From: Chamaesiphon sp.
Lineage (GTDB): Bacteria; Cyanobacteriota; Cyanobacteriia; Cyanobacteriales; Chamaesiphonaceae
DNA length: 64,000 nucleotides
Assembly (NCBI GenBank): GCA_965246715.1
Contig: CBDFFH010000041.1
Coordinates: 32,001 to 96,000, forward strand
Direction: 5' to 3'
Each line of letters starts with the position of its first letter. The first letter of the stretch is position 1. This document shows, one piece after another, positions 32,987-42,641 of the stretch. A program made the position numbers and the translations under genes. Under the pieces are notes generated by a model. That model did no database searches. It was given only the letters and a program-made list of their open reading frames with translations, and had not been told where the DNA came from.

Positions 32987-33043
32987 TTTGTAAAAATTAG
33001 TTAAGTTTAGAAATATCGGGAGTTTTTGTAAAAATTAGTTAAG
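32987..33043 (+). promoter_or_regulatory. 19-bp perfect direct repeat upstream of dut
   Basis: TTTGTAAAAATTAGTTAAG at 32987-33005 and 33025-33043. Confidence 0.55.
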
Positions 33044-33079
33044 CATGAGACGATCGAGTACGATAAAAATTGGTAAATT

Positions 33080-33709
33080 GTGAAGCCGAACCGAGGCGAG
33101 CGTAAGATTGTGATTTCAGTCGAATATGTCCTAGCAGATCCAGAATTTAGACCGCTCAGAGCCGTAGATAGAGCGGCGGCTTTGGATGTGAAGGCTTATT
33201 TACCATCGCCACCTCCAAATGATTTTTTGGAGTCTGTCTGCGCCCAGCGCGATATTTTCCTAGCTAAATACCCAGAAGGTTCGTTACATATTAATGGCAA
33301 GAAAGTCTCTGAAGATTTAACGATCGAGTTATTGCGGCAACATGAACCGCAACTGAGATTTTTTATCCTCGCTCCAGGCGAACAGAAAATCGTTAATGCG
33401 GGTTTCAAGGTTGGTTTGAGTACAGACGATCCTCAGAAGATTGCCACCATGCTGGTGTGCCCCAGAAGTGGCTTGGCATGCAAGAATTCGATTACGGTAA
33501 TTAATGGCCCAGGAATTGTGGACGAACACTATCCAGACTGGGTGGGAATTGGTTTAATCAATCATGGTAGAGATTTGCATCTATTTAGTCATGGTGCGAG
33601 AATCGCGCAGGTGATGTATCTAGAGGTGTGTGTGGCTCAAGAGCGGGTGGTAGATACGTTAACGACTGTGGGTGAACGCAAAGGTGGTTTTGGGCATACA
33701 GGGGTTTGA
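33080..33709 (+). CDS. dut: Trimeric dUTPase with ~50-aa insertion
   Basis: AALDV, PRSG, GIVD..Y, RIAQ, RKGGFGHTG motifs; start may be GTG at 33110. Confidence 0.9.
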   Translation: MKPNRGERKIVISVEYVLADPEFRPLRAVDRAAALDVKAYLPSPPPNDFLESVCAQRDIFLAKYPEGSLHINGKKVSEDLTIELLRQHEPQLRFFILAPGEQKIVNAGFKVGLSTDDPQKIATMLVCPRSGLACKNSITVINGPGIVDEHYPDWVGIGLINHGRDLHLFSHGARIAQVMYLEVCVAQERVVDTLTTVGERKGGFGHTGV

Positions 33710-33720
33710 AGGTGCCATCT

Positions 33721-33805
33721 GTAGGTTGGGTAGAGCGAAGTGAAACCCAACATCCTCGACATCGATATTGATGGTTGTTGAGTTTCGTGCCTCAACCCAA
33801 CCTAC
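33721..33805. repeat. REP doublet (REPIN-like)
   Basis: GTAGGTTGGGT..GAAACCCAAC ... GTTGAGTTTC..ACCCAACCTAC. Confidence 0.75.
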
Positions 33806-33834
33806 GAATCTTATTAATTCTCTCAACATCAACA

Positions 33835-34221
33835 ATGAATACTCAAGCTTTAATCAGAGAACTGAGAGAGATATATATCTCAAAATATCCTGAGTGTGAG
33901 GAAAAAATCGGGTACGGATCTTCACTCGCACAAATAGAATCAGCAATTACCAAAATTCGTCCGATTCCCAAAGCTTTGATTGATATTTATTCCTGTGTCG
34001 GCGGTGAGAATAGCGATCTTGACTATTGCCATGACTTTCCGGTTGCATGGTACCATCTGGTGTCTCTGGATCGGATAGACGGGACGATCGATCTTGATGA
34101 AGAACTGAGGCAATGGGAATGGGATGAGTTATTCAAAGATCTGATAGACATAGATTGGGATTTAGCTAAAGAGATTGCTAGCCAAATAGATCCTGAAATT
34201 GAAGACTATGACCATCCATAA
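33835..34221 (+). CDS. SMI1/KNR4 (SUKH)-like protein, apparently C-terminally truncated
   Basis: GSSLAQI..A......IPKALIDIYSCVGG, then LVSLD; the usual later strands are absent. Confidence 0.55.
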   Translation: MNTQALIRELREIYISKYPECEEKIGYGSSLAQIESAITKIRPIPKALIDIYSCVGGENSDLDYCHDFPVAWYHLVSLDRIDGTIDLDEELRQWEWDELFKDLIDIDWDLAKEIASQIDPEIEDYDHP

Positions 34222-34270
34222 TAGTTGAACAAAAAATATAATATTCTAACTTGAGAATTACGAATTATTC

Positions 34271-35206
34271 ATGAACGTAGTAGACAAAACATATTTGGAA
34301 ATCCTCGATCGAATCCTCTCTGAGGGAACCAGGGAAAAAAACCGTACGGGAACTGATACCATCTCGTTATTTGGACTGAGTTATCGGCTACCTGTAACTG
34401 CTCAAGCTTTCCCAATTTTGACTCATAAAAAGATTCAATGGCGCAGCTTAGTCACGGAAATGATTTGGTATCTATCGGGCGAGCCACATATTCGCAATCT
34501 CAAGCAATATACTAAAATTTGGGATGCTTGGAGCGATGCAGATGGCAATTTAGAAACTGCTTATGGTAGGTTTTGGCGATATTATCCAGTTCCCAATTAT
34601 GCAGCGCCAATTCGGCGCGGAGATAGCAACTATTTGTGCGACGGGGAGGTATTAGTTAATTTAGTTGATAGTAAATATCAGCACGATTTAGTTGTAGATG
34701 AAAAAGAGTCGATCGCGATCCCTTGTTTCGATCAATTACGATGGGCGATTGATGAATTAAAACGCAATCCTCGATCGCGTAGACTACACCTTACTGCTTG
34801 GTATCCACCGAATGCGACTATCAGTAAATTACCACCTTGTCATCATAGTTTTACGTTAAATTATCAAGGTGGTAAATTAAATTTACATCTCCAACAGCGA
34901 TCGTCAGATCATTGCGTGGGTAATCCTTTTAATCTAACTTGCTATTCACTGTTATTGTTACTGATTTGTAGAGAAGTTAAGCTCGAACCAGGCGATTTCT
35001 ATCATTCGATTACCGATGCACATGTATATGTGGATCATGTCGAACCTTATCGCAATGCTAGTCGGGAAGCTTATGAGCTGCCGCAATTAGATATGAGTCA
35101 ATTGGGAGATCGATCGATGTTCGATCTGACTTATGATGATATCGATCGGATTCAATTAGTCAATTATCAACATGGTGCCTTTATTAAATTACCAGTAGCA
35201 GTATAG
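34271..35206 (+). CDS. thyA: Thymidylate synthase ThyA
   Basis: NRTGTDT, FPILT.KK, IWDAW, SRR, LPPCH, QRSSD..G.PFN, DAHVY. Confidence 0.95.
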   Translation: MNVVDKTYLEILDRILSEGTREKNRTGTDTISLFGLSYRLPVTAQAFPILTHKKIQWRSLVTEMIWYLSGEPHIRNLKQYTKIWDAWSDADGNLETAYGRFWRYYPVPNYAAPIRRGDSNYLCDGEVLVNLVDSKYQHDLVVDEKESIAIPCFDQLRWAIDELKRNPRSRRLHLTAWYPPNATISKLPPCHHSFTLNYQGGKLNLHLQQRSSDHCVGNPFNLTCYSLLLLLICREVKLEPGDFYHSITDAHVYVDHVEPYRNASREAYELPQLDMSQLGDRSMFDLTYDDIDRIQLVNYQHGAFIKLPVAV

Positions 35207-35212
35207 ATAATT

Positions 35213-35779
35213 ATGCAAAAAATTCTAATTGCAGCGATCGATAAAGATGGCGGGATTGGTAAAGATGGTTATATGCCGTGGCATTATCCCGCCGATCTTA
35301 AGCTATTTATGAATCTAACGATGGGACATACGATCGTGATGGGACGTAAGACTTTTGATGGAATGTTCGCTCGGGATAAAGCACCTTTAAAGGGTCGGCA
35401 AAATGTAGTGATAACATCTCAGGCTAACGAGTGTCGATCGCGATTTGCAGCCGAGCATTCACCATTGCATCTGAATTTTACTACCGATATCAATTGTGGA
35501 GATATCGAGTTAAATCCAGACACTAAAATATTTTATTGTGGTGGAGCTAATATCTATCAACAGGTAATCCAAGGACTCGATCTCGATATCATCTATCTTT
35601 CTCGTCTGGAAGAAAGTTATAATTGTGATACTTTTTTTCCTCAAGATCCGCAGTCACTAGACAAAGAGTTTGAACCATATATTCCGCCATATCTTACCAA
35701 GAGTTTCTCAGATTGCATGTCAGGCAGTAAACCTTTCACTTTTCAAATTTATACGCCAAAACCACTGATAATTTACTAG
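35213..35779 (+). CDS. folA: Dihydrofolate reductase
   Basis: IGKDG.MPW.YPADL..F, VMGRKTF, PLKGR.NVV, GGA.IY, CDTFFP. Confidence 0.93.
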   Translation: MQKILIAAIDKDGGIGKDGYMPWHYPADLKLFMNLTMGHTIVMGRKTFDGMFARDKAPLKGRQNVVITSQANECRSRFAAEHSPLHLNFTTDINCGDIELNPDTKIFYCGGANIYQQVIQGLDLDIIYLSRLEESYNCDTFFPQDPQSLDKEFEPYIPPYLTKSFSDCMSGSKPFTFQIYTPKPLIIY

Positions 35780-36120
35780 ATCGATCCTAAGTAACAAGTA
35801 TTGTATCGTCTAATATCTATAGCGATCGAAATTAATATTGGGGATAATTCATAAATTGCCCGTATCATTAAGCTGACATGCTTTCAAATTGAGTATTCGA
35901 GCGTCGCTCGTTAAAGACCGATAGTAATCCTCAAATACTTACTGTGACTAACCACTGCCTCGATCGCTTGTAAACCCTCGGGGAACCCGAGGATTGCGCA
36001 TCGCTAGCCACTAGTCACTAGCCACTAAAACCATCATCCATAACTCGATTTAGATGTCGAACAGCTTAATTACTATTCCCTGTTCCCTGTCTTGATTCGC
36101 TATCCCCTATTCCCTAACTT

Positions 36121-36651
36121 ATGTACGATATCTCTTCGCGTCCGACTTGGGATGAATATTTCATGATGCTGGCAAAAGTAACCGCTACAAGATCGACATG
36201 TTTGGCATTTCCAGTCGGTGCGGTGGTAGTCAAAGATCGGCAGGTATTAGCAACTGGTTATAATGGTTCGCCATCGGGTTCGGAGCATTGTACGACATTG
36301 GGATACTGCTATCCTGAATTGAGTGCTTGTAATGCTAGTAAAACATTACCTTCGAGATCGGTACATGCCGAGGCAAATGCAATCGCCCAAGCGGCTAAGC
36401 ACGGAATTTCGACCAGTGGAGGGAGTATTTATGTCACTTTAGAACCATGTTTAACTTGTCTAAAACTGGTAATTTCAGCAGGAATTAAAGAAGTATTTTA
36501 TGAGACCAAATTTAATACGGGTGATAATGTCAAAGTTAGAGATTTATTTTTACAAGACGGCTTGATAAAACTCACCCAAATTCAAGTTTCGGAAGCAACA
36601 GCTCAACGAGCCGCAACATTTTTATTAAATCCAACTTCGGTAGAATCTTGA
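36121..36651 (+). CDS. dCMP deaminase (ComEB-like)
   Basis: RPTWDEYFM, RSTC, TGYNG, HAEANA, PCLTC. Confidence 0.92.
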   Translation: MYDISSRPTWDEYFMMLAKVTATRSTCLAFPVGAVVVKDRQVLATGYNGSPSGSEHCTTLGYCYPELSACNASKTLPSRSVHAEANAIAQAAKHGISTSGGSIYVTLEPCLTCLKLVISAGIKEVFYETKFNTGDNVKVRDLFLQDGLIKLTQIQVSEATAQRAATFLLNPTSVES

Positions 36652-36709
36652 CTATAAGTTGGAAATATCTGTTGCTTAGTAAGCTATGAACATGGTACTA
36701 AAATTTAAA

Positions 36710-36742
36710 AAGGCGAGCTTATGAATACCATAAGCTCGCCTT
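36710..36742. terminator. Hairpin between convergent genes
   Basis: AAGGCGAGCTTATG-aatac-CATAAGCTCGCCTT. Confidence 0.65.
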
Positions 36743-36800
36743 AGTTGGCGATCGAACGGGGCCATTAACTAAGCGAGATCGCTCTCACTCAAGCTAGTGA

Positions 36801-37510
36801 TTATTCTGTCTGAGCTGGGGCGATCAAACAGATGAGGTTATCATCTTTAATTTGAATCGCCTTACGTTCTTCGCGTAACTCTTTCATCAGGCGGGTGACT
36901 GTAACTCGCGTAGTCCCGATCGCGCTAGCAATTTGAGCGTGAGTGAGGGGAAAAGGCAGACAATAGCCTTCCTTGCAGGGTTCGCCAAAACTCTTCAATT
37001 AATAGTGTTAAATAGCCCAGTAAGCGTTCGATCGTGTGGCGTTGGCCGAGAGTATTTAGCCAGAGTAGTTTCCGTTGATGTTGGTAGCGGAAGGAATCTA
37101 AAATTTCCCGTCGGAAACTAGGGAAATTTTCCAATCGTGCCAATACATCCAGAAAATTGAAGTGTTGTCTGTATGTGCAAAAGCTTGGAGGGTAAACGGA
37201 GATCGATCGACGATTTCAAACGGCTGACCCGCCCCAACAAAGCCGAGGAAAGTTTTCATCGCCACTTTGAAGCTGAAATTCGATCGGGGTAGTATTTTGG
37301 TGAGGATATGGAGTTGGTTCTGTTTCAGCACATCCAGTCAGTCGGATCGTCCCCCGTTGGACTAGATACAATAAACCTGCACGGGTCGGAATTTGAGCAT
37401 CTTTACTAAACGTTCGATAGCGATAGTGCTCTTGTGCCCAATCTAGCAAGCGATGCCAGGTTTGAGAACGAGCGAGCATTATTTTTTGGTGGGGTAGATG
37501 GTGAGTGCAT
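36801..37510 (-). pseudogene. Crp/Fnr family regulator with four homopolymer frameshifts (pseudogene or sequencing error)
   Basis: Fragments join to MHSP..WHRLLDWAQEHY..FLGFVGAGQPF..ERLLGYL..LTHAQIASAIGTTRVTVTRLM; 710 bp = 236 codons + 2. Confidence 0.8.
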
Positions 37511-37594
37511 ATCAAACCAGCAGAACGGCTCGTGATTTTCAATGATTCTACATGTATTTTGATGTAGTGAATCATTTTTATTGTAGTCTGGAGT

Positions 37595-38659
37595 ATGTTC
37601 GATCTCAGCGATCGAGTCTTTGGTATGCGGATTTTTCCTTTGTCAGAATCGATTTTACTACCATTAGCACCAACAATTGCTGGCACGATTGCTGAATATC
37701 TGCGGTTGGTAACTATAAAATATTACACAGCTCGACCTCAAAATGAAGATACTCCGGCTATCTGGGCAGATCGGGATCTACTAAGGCCAGCGGAAAAGCT
37801 CCACCAACGGACTAGTGACAGCTCAGCAAGCGACTCATCCATAAATTTACGGATCGAACTACCGATAAGGCGAGTCCCAACATCACAATACCAGTATGTC
37901 AGCCCGATCGCCCATCGATTAGCCGCAAAATTACGATCGACACCATTAGAGATTTGCCAAAATCTACCATTGCCGGTTCAAGCTGGAGTAATTGGTAATC
38001 TTGACAATCTGGAAATGGATGTTTGGTATGACGAATCTGGCTACATTTACTTTCAACTCCATCCGCGATCGATCGTGACTTGGCTCAATTATCTACACGA
38101 CTTGCCACGCGATGCTCTGCCACCGCCGATTTCGCTGCCAGAATCTGTCATCGATCGAGAATTCGATCCCTCATCTTTGTCAGTCGCGATCTATGCACAC
38201 GCTCGATGCTGCTCGGTGCTGGCACTGGCGCGCACCGATCGATTAATCTCGCTGTCTGCTACTTGGCAGATTACAACCCCCAACTGGTTGGTTTGCCACT
38301 TCCCACCACAGCACACATGCGATCTCAGTCACTCGAAAAATCGGCTCATACCACAACCAACGCTAATTTTTGAGCACTCAGTCGAAGAGCGGCTAATTCA
38401 TGCCTTAATGGACGTTTTGGATGGAGTCTGGAGCGTACGCAGTGAAGAAGGAGTCAAAATAGCCAAATTTCACAGATTTGCGCTCGATCTCGCTCGATCT
38501 TGGTTGGATTTTCATCGCCATTGTCAGATTTTTGGCACTACCAAACGTCAAAACCCACATTTAGCAATTGCTAGATGTGGGTTAACCGCGATCTGTCGTC
38601 ACTATTTACAAGCGTTGTTGAAAGATTATCTCGAAATTACAGCACCAACGGAGTTGTGA
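37595..38659 (+). CDS. DALR anticodon-binding-domain protein (ArgRS-like, lacking catalytic core)
   Basis: YVSPIA, GYIYFQL, YAHARCCSVL, FHRHCQIFG, ARCGL..APTEL; start uncertain. Confidence 0.75.
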   Translation: MFDLSDRVFGMRIFPLSESILLPLAPTIAGTIAEYLRLVTIKYYTARPQNEDTPAIWADRDLLRPAEKLHQRTSDSSASDSSINLRIELPIRRVPTSQYQYVSPIAHRLAAKLRSTPLEICQNLPLPVQAGVIGNLDNLEMDVWYDESGYIYFQLHPRSIVTWLNYLHDLPRDALPPPISLPESVIDREFDPSSLSVAIYAHARCCSVLALARTDRLISLSATWQITTPNWLVCHFPPQHTCDLSHSKNRLIPQPTLIFEHSVEERLIHALMDVLDGVWSVRSEEGVKIAKFHRFALDLARSWLDFHRHCQIFGTTKRQNPHLAIARCGLTAICRHYLQALLKDYLEITAPTEL

Positions 38660-38758
38660 AGGAATTAAGGATAGTTTAGATCTAGCCCCGCTCTAACACG
38701 AAGAGAAGCAAGAGTTTTGGCAACTAAACTCTTGCTTCATAAGTCATAACTCCCAATC

Positions 38759-39361
38759 TTATTCATCGCCAACCATTGCCGAGCGACCTTGTTTGCCGAG
38801 CCGGACGACTAAAAAGTAAACTAAATACAAGCTATAAATAATCAATCCAACAATTCCGATAAACCCAAGAAATTCTGGTTTGGAGTTGGCGTGAAAAATG
38901 TGATAATAAAGCCAAGATGGTTGAAACCACGACTGACAATAATCTGTGTTGATGCCACTAAATGCACAAGATAAAAATGGAATTACCGCGATCGCGCTGA
39001 GGGCAGAATAAGCCGTAGTCGCCCATCGCCAAGAAGTAAATCCTAACTTAAGCGAACTCGGTGGTAGATCGGCAATTTCTTCATTGAGATCCGCCCAAAA
39101 CCACAGTGAGAGTGGAATCATCGTCTGCGCTACAAACGAAGCGATATAACTAATCGACACCGAACCGATCGCTAAGTATACGGCGATCGCGAGTAAACTA
39201 GATACTCGCCAATAGATAATTAGTAGCTTTTGAATGACTGGTGCTTTTTGTGCGAAGGCCCACAATAGTAAAATCAGTGGGATGAGGACTGTAAATATTA
39301 CTGCTAACCGAAAATCCATCCAGATTAACGGTTGAAACCACAATTGAGATTGACTGGGCAT
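38759..39361 (-). CDS. DUF3177 family membrane protein
   Basis: W.DFRLAV.FTV..PL.LL.WA, YWRVSSLLAI, SLWFW.DLNEEI. Confidence 0.8.
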   Translation of the reverse strand: MPSQSQLWFQPLIWMDFRLAVIFTVLIPLILLLWAFAQKAPVIQKLLIIYWRVSSLLAIAVYLAIGSVSISYIASFVAQTMIPLSLWFWADLNEEIADLPPSSLKLGFTSWRWATTAYSALSAIAVIPFLSCAFSGINTDYCQSWFQPSWLYYHIFHANSKPEFLGFIGIVGLIIYSLYLVYFLVVRLGKQGRSAMVGDE

Positions 39362-39382
39362 AGAAATTAAAAATGATAAATT

Positions 39383-40447
39383 ATGACCTACTTCTCCCCT
39401 AATTATTTTACAGCGCGATCGCGATGGCGACGCGCTGCCAAGCTATTGGGGTGTCGGCTAGAGTCCCATGAGATTGACGCAGTAGCACCGATTAATGACA
39501 ATCTTACGATCGATGTCGCCATGTATGGTAATCCACTGGCAAATCGGGCACTAGTAATTTCGAGTGGACTGCATGGAATTGAAGGTTTATTTGGTGCGGC
39601 GGTACAGTTGGCGCTATTAGAACGGTATTTACCAGATTATCCATTGCCACAGGAGCTAGCAATTATCGTCATTCATATGCTCAATCCTTTTGGGTGTGCA
39701 TGGTATCGACGGTGGAATGAAGATAATATCGACCTCAATCGGAATTTTCTGTTAGCAGGCGAGGCTTATCGTGGTTGTCCCGAGGCTTATCCCCAATTAA
39801 ATAATTTCCTCAATCCGCAATCTCCACCCTCCAGATTTGAGCCATTTTTACTTAAATCGCTGGGTATTATCGATCGATATGGGATGTCAAACCTCAAAAA
39901 CACGCTACCAGTCGGACAGTATGAGTTTCCGCAAGGGTTATTTTTTGGCGGGAGGGCACCATCGCAAACGCAGAAAATCTTAACCGCTCATCTAGGAAGA
40001 TGGTTGGGTGTATCGCAGCAGGTAATTCATCTCGACTTACATTCAGGCTTGGGTAAGTGGGGGACTTATAAACTATTTGCCGAAGTTACTAAAAATTCTC
40101 CACGCAGTCAAGTGTTGCAACAACAATTTGGGAGCGATCGAGTTTTAACTCTCGATCCTGGCGATTTAGTTTATCAGTCGCGGGGGACTTTTGGGCAATG
40201 GTGTCAGGCATCGTATCCCCATCTCGCCTATGATTTTCTCCTGGCAGAGTTTGGTACTTACTCGATGCTACGCGTTCTCAAAGCGTTGCGCGCCGAAAAT
40301 CGCGCTTATTGGTGGGGACAACCAGAGGAGCGATCCTATCAGTGGGCGAAGCAGGAGTTAGCAGAAGTATTTGTTCCACAAGATCGACGGTGGCGAGAGC
40401 GTTCGCTGGAACAGGGAGTGGAGTTATGCCTCAATTCGATTAAATGA
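39383..40447 (+). CDS. DUF2817 / M14 metallopeptidase family protein
   Basis: SGLHGIEG, LNPFG, DLNRNF, DLHSGLG. Confidence 0.85.
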   Translation: MTYFSPNYFTARSRWRRAAKLLGCRLESHEIDAVAPINDNLTIDVAMYGNPLANRALVISSGLHGIEGLFGAAVQLALLERYLPDYPLPQELAIIVIHMLNPFGCAWYRRWNEDNIDLNRNFLLAGEAYRGCPEAYPQLNNFLNPQSPPSRFEPFLLKSLGIIDRYGMSNLKNTLPVGQYEFPQGLFFGGRAPSQTQKILTAHLGRWLGVSQQVIHLDLHSGLGKWGTYKLFAEVTKNSPRSQVLQQQFGSDRVLTLDPGDLVYQSRGTFGQWCQASYPHLAYDFLLAEFGTYSMLRVLKALRAENRAYWWGQPEERSYQWAKQELAEVFVPQDRRWRERSLEQGVELCLNSIK

Positions 40448-40601
40448 GAGCGATCTGATGTGTTTATTCACCATCGCTATCCCTAATGAGTAAACACGAT
40501 CGAATAACATCGCGTAACGAACGGTGTAAATCCTGCACCGTTTACCCTCATTCCTGGTTATTTCACTTACATTGGGGAATGATGATTATCAATTATCTTT
40601 G

Positions 40602-41504
40602 ATGTTATATTTGTCGCAATTCTGGAAATTTTCCCGCCCCCATACGATTATTGGCACGAGTCTGAGCGTTTTTGCGCTGTATGCGATTGCACTTGCCACT
40701 ACGAATAGTTCGATCGATGTAGCGAATGCAGTGCAACTTTTGGGCACTTGGATCGCTTGTTTGTGCGGTAATGTATATATCGTCGGATTGAATCAACTGT
40801 ATGACATCGAGATCGATCGGATCAATAAACCCGATCTACCTTTAGCTAGTGGGAAGTTTTCAGTTACACAAGGAAAATGGATTATTGGCATTACAGGTAT
40901 TTTAGCGATCGTGTTATCAGCTCTGTTAGGTAGGTGGTTATTCGCAACCGTACTGACAAGTTTAGCGATCGGTACGGCTTATTCTGTTCCACCGATTAGG
41001 TTCAAACAATTTCCCTTGATGGCGGCTATTTGTATTTTGACAGTTCGTGGTTGCATCGTCAATTTGGGCATCTTTTCACATTTCAATCGAGTTCTGATTG
41101 GTACCGATAACTTACCTTCGAGTATCTGGATTCTCACGCTATTTATTCTAGTATTTACAATCGCGATCGCAATTTTCAAAGATGTACCCGATCTCGAAGG
41201 CGATCGCAAGTATCAAATTCAGACATTTACATTAACATTAGGTAAGCCAGCCGTGTTTAATATCACGCGAGGGGCGATTACTTTGGCTTATATATTAACG
41301 ATCGGTGCGGGCGTACTCCTGTTACCAACAGTTAATCCTTGGTTCTTTGTGGGGTCGCATACAGCTTTAATGGGATTATTATGGTGGCGCAGTCAAGATA
41401 TCGATCTCGAAGCGCAACGATCGATCGCTAATTTTTATCAGTTTATTTGGAAGTTATTTTTTCTAGAGTATCTGGTTTTTCCGATCGCCTGTTTCATTAA
41501 TTAA
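40602..41504 (+). CDS. hpt: Homogentisate phytyltransferase
   Basis: FSRPHT, NVYIVGLNQLYD..ID.INKP.LPLASG, FKDVPD.EGD, FIWKLF. Confidence 0.93.
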   Translation: MLYLSQFWKFSRPHTIIGTSLSVFALYAIALATTNSSIDVANAVQLLGTWIACLCGNVYIVGLNQLYDIEIDRINKPDLPLASGKFSVTQGKWIIGITGILAIVLSALLGRWLFATVLTSLAIGTAYSVPPIRFKQFPLMAAICILTVRGCIVNLGIFSHFNRVLIGTDNLPSSIWILTLFILVFTIAIAIFKDVPDLEGDRKYQIQTFTLTLGKPAVFNITRGAITLAYILTIGAGVLLLPTVNPWFFVGSHTALMGLLWWRSQDIDLEAQRSIANFYQFIWKLFFLEYLVFPIACFIN

Positions 41505-41536
41505 GTTTTGTCAAACTAGTACGCGAGGAGCGAGTC

Positions 41537-42595
41537 TTGCAGACACCGCATAGTGGCTATCATTGGAACGGAACAGATCCAGGATTTTTTGAGGGGTGGT
41601 ATTTTCGGGTGACGTTGCCGAAAATTCGCGAATCTTTTGCGTTTATGTATTCAATTGAAGATCCGCTCGGCAAAAATTCACATAGTGGTGGAGCCGCGCA
41701 ACTATTAGGGATTAGTGAAGAATATCTGTCAGCATCTTTTCCCGAGCCGAGCAAGTTTTGGGCGACTGGAGACTGTTTAAGCTTAGGACATTGGGGAGAA
41801 ACCGATTTAGATATTGCCCCACAACAGCTACCAATTGTCGAATTCGATCGATCCGTCAAACGTGGCTATCAAGTTGCCGCTACCTTACATCAAGGCGCAC
41901 TCCCCGAACTAGACTGTCGTTGGTGCTATGATACTGTCCCCATCTATGGCTGGGGAAATCCCTACCAACCACAACAGGCTACCGCTGGGTTGTTATCCTT
42001 CTTGCCAATCTTTGAACCTGGATGGCAGATTTTGATGGCGCATGGTTTGGCGACGGGCTGGATCGAATGGCGCGGCGAGAGATATAACTTTAATAACACA
42101 CCAGCTTATAGTGAGAAAAACTGGGGACGCTCTTTTCCCGAGAAGTGGTTTTGGCTAAATTGCAATAGTTTTACAGACACCGTAGGCTTAGCAATTACCG
42201 CAGGTGGCGGAAGACGTAAAGTATTGTGGAACACTGAAGAAGTAGCGATGATTGGCATCCATTATCGCGATCGATTTTATGAATTTGTGCCGTGGAATTC
42301 CCAAATCCATTGGCAAATTCAACCCTGGGGAGAATGGCGAATGCAAGCCACCAACCCCGACTTTCAAATCGAGCTAACAGGTACCACTGACTTAGCTGGT
42401 ACGATGGTAAGTACGCCCACAGAAAGCGGCTTGGTCATGTGTTGTCGCGATACACTCAAAGGTCGATTGTCGATCGAATTATCTACCCGTCGCGGCGATC
42501 GAATTATTAAGGCAAGCAGTATTAATGCTGGCTTAGAAATTGGCGGCGATGGTTGGGATCGAGCTTGGATAAATTCAATGAACAACGAACAGTGA
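41537..42595 (+). CDS. vte1: Tocopherol cyclase
   Basis: TPHSGYHW, FFEGWYF, EPGWQILMAHG, YSEKNWG.SFP.KWFW. Confidence 0.93.
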   Translation: MQTPHSGYHWNGTDPGFFEGWYFRVTLPKIRESFAFMYSIEDPLGKNSHSGGAAQLLGISEEYLSASFPEPSKFWATGDCLSLGHWGETDLDIAPQQLPIVEFDRSVKRGYQVAATLHQGALPELDCRWCYDTVPIYGWGNPYQPQQATAGLLSFLPIFEPGWQILMAHGLATGWIEWRGERYNFNNTPAYSEKNWGRSFPEKWFWLNCNSFTDTVGLAITAGGGRRKVLWNTEEVAMIGIHYRDRFYEFVPWNSQIHWQIQPWGEWRMQATNPDFQIELTGTTDLAGTMVSTPTESGLVMCCRDTLKGRLSIELSTRRGDRIIKASSINAGLEIGGDGWDRAWINSMNNEQ

Positions 42596-42641
42596 ACAGC
42601 GAACAGTGAATAATTACTAATTATATTTTGAATAATTTATC

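Noticed and set aside
33080..36651. Prophage
   Set aside because: No integrase, terminase, capsid or tail genes; flanked by host genes
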